Source of the DNA: a virus
DNA length: 64,000 nt
IMG/VR virus record: IMGVR_UViG_3300025652_000057
Coordinates: 2,624-66,623 of that record
Strand: one strand, 5' to 3'
Below the pieces are notes generated by a model, which was given only the letters and a program-made list of their open reading frames with translations, ran no database searches and was not told the origin of the DNA. The position numbers and the translations under genes were made by a program. Positions 63,568 through 64,000 of the stretch are shown here, one piece after another; positions within the stretch are counted from its first letter, which is position 1; every line of letters begins with the position of its first letter.

Positions 63568-64000
63568 GTGGCAAAGTATCACCAAGGCAAATTTAATCCC
63601 AAGAACCCTCACAAATATAAGGGTGACTACACTAATATCGTATATCGTTCGAGCTGGGAGTTTCATTTCTGCCGATATATCGATGCTCACCCCGGAGTCA
63701 CAAAGTGGTCGTCGGAAGAGATAATTGTGCCGTATAGATCATGCGTTGACGGTAAGATGCATCGATATTTTCCAGACTTCTATGTTGAAATGACTAATAA
63801 GATGGGTAAGAAAGAAAAGCTACTGATAGAGATAAAGCCATACAAAGAGACGGTGCCTCCGACTGTTCAGAATACTAAGAAAAATAAGCCAACCAAGCGG
63901 TATTTGAATGAAGTTAAGACTTGGGGCACGAATAGCTCTAAGTGGAATGCCGCAGAAGAATACTGTAAAGATAAGGGGTGGAAGTTTGTAATCATGACTG
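63568..64000 (+). CDS. gp4: Head completion protein, partial (TnsA-like nuclease fold)
   Basis: GTG start after GGAG; translated manually: MAKYHQGKFNPKNPHKYKGDYTNIVYRSSWE...WSSEEIIVPY...HRYFPDF...IEIKP...KWNAA. Confidence 0.92.
   Translation, partial: MAKYHQGKFNPKNPHKYKGDYTNIVYRSSWEFHFCRYIDAHPGVTKWSSEEIIVPYRSCVDGKMHRYFPDFYVEMTNKMGKKEKLLIEIKPYKETVPPTVQNTKKNKPTKRYLNEVKTWGTNSSKWNAAEEYCKDKGWKFVIMT

Noticed and set aside
1-64000. Stop-codon reassignment, tRNA genes or auxiliary metabolic genes
   Set aside because: All core genes are intact in the standard code with TAA, TAG and TGA stops; intergenic gaps are short and no cloverleaf or metabolic gene was recognised.
63568-64000. Tn7-like transposase TnsA
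   Set aside because: The sequence matches T4 gp4, which shares that fold, and lies divergent from the baseplate operon as expected.

Overview
The window is a continuous segment of a T4-like (myovirus) phage genome. Gene content and order resemble marine T4-like phages: no gp24, gp3 between gp23 and uvsY, a DUF4815/VrlC-like protein and a YHYH-family protein in the baseplate region. Most genes are on the minus strand. Reading right to left: baseplate genes (gp48, gp53, hub, gp5, gp25, gp6, gp7, gp8), a ~28 kb block of large virion/fibre proteins, neck, terminase, tail and head genes (gp13-gp23), gp3, uvsY, uvsW, late sigma gp55, gp47 and gp46. A partial glycosyltransferase-like gene lies at the left edge and a partial gp4 on the plus strand at the right edge. 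T4-type late promoters (TATAAATA) precede most late operons. Main observations not explained by standard annotation: (1) three perfect host-type sigma70 promoters pointing antisense into late-region genes, two of them tandemly duplicated; (2) a ~45-aa module dispersed in 9 copies over 7 different virion proteins; (3) phycobiliprotein-like CxRD motifs, a plant-type LRR protein, a His-to-Arg YHYH variant and a degenerate M15 peptidase among the virion genes; (4) an unannotated 31-aa hydrophobic microprotein coupled at both ends; (5) one inverted virion gene driven from a palindromic bidirectional late promoter. All family assignments come from motif recognition by eye; no database search was run.
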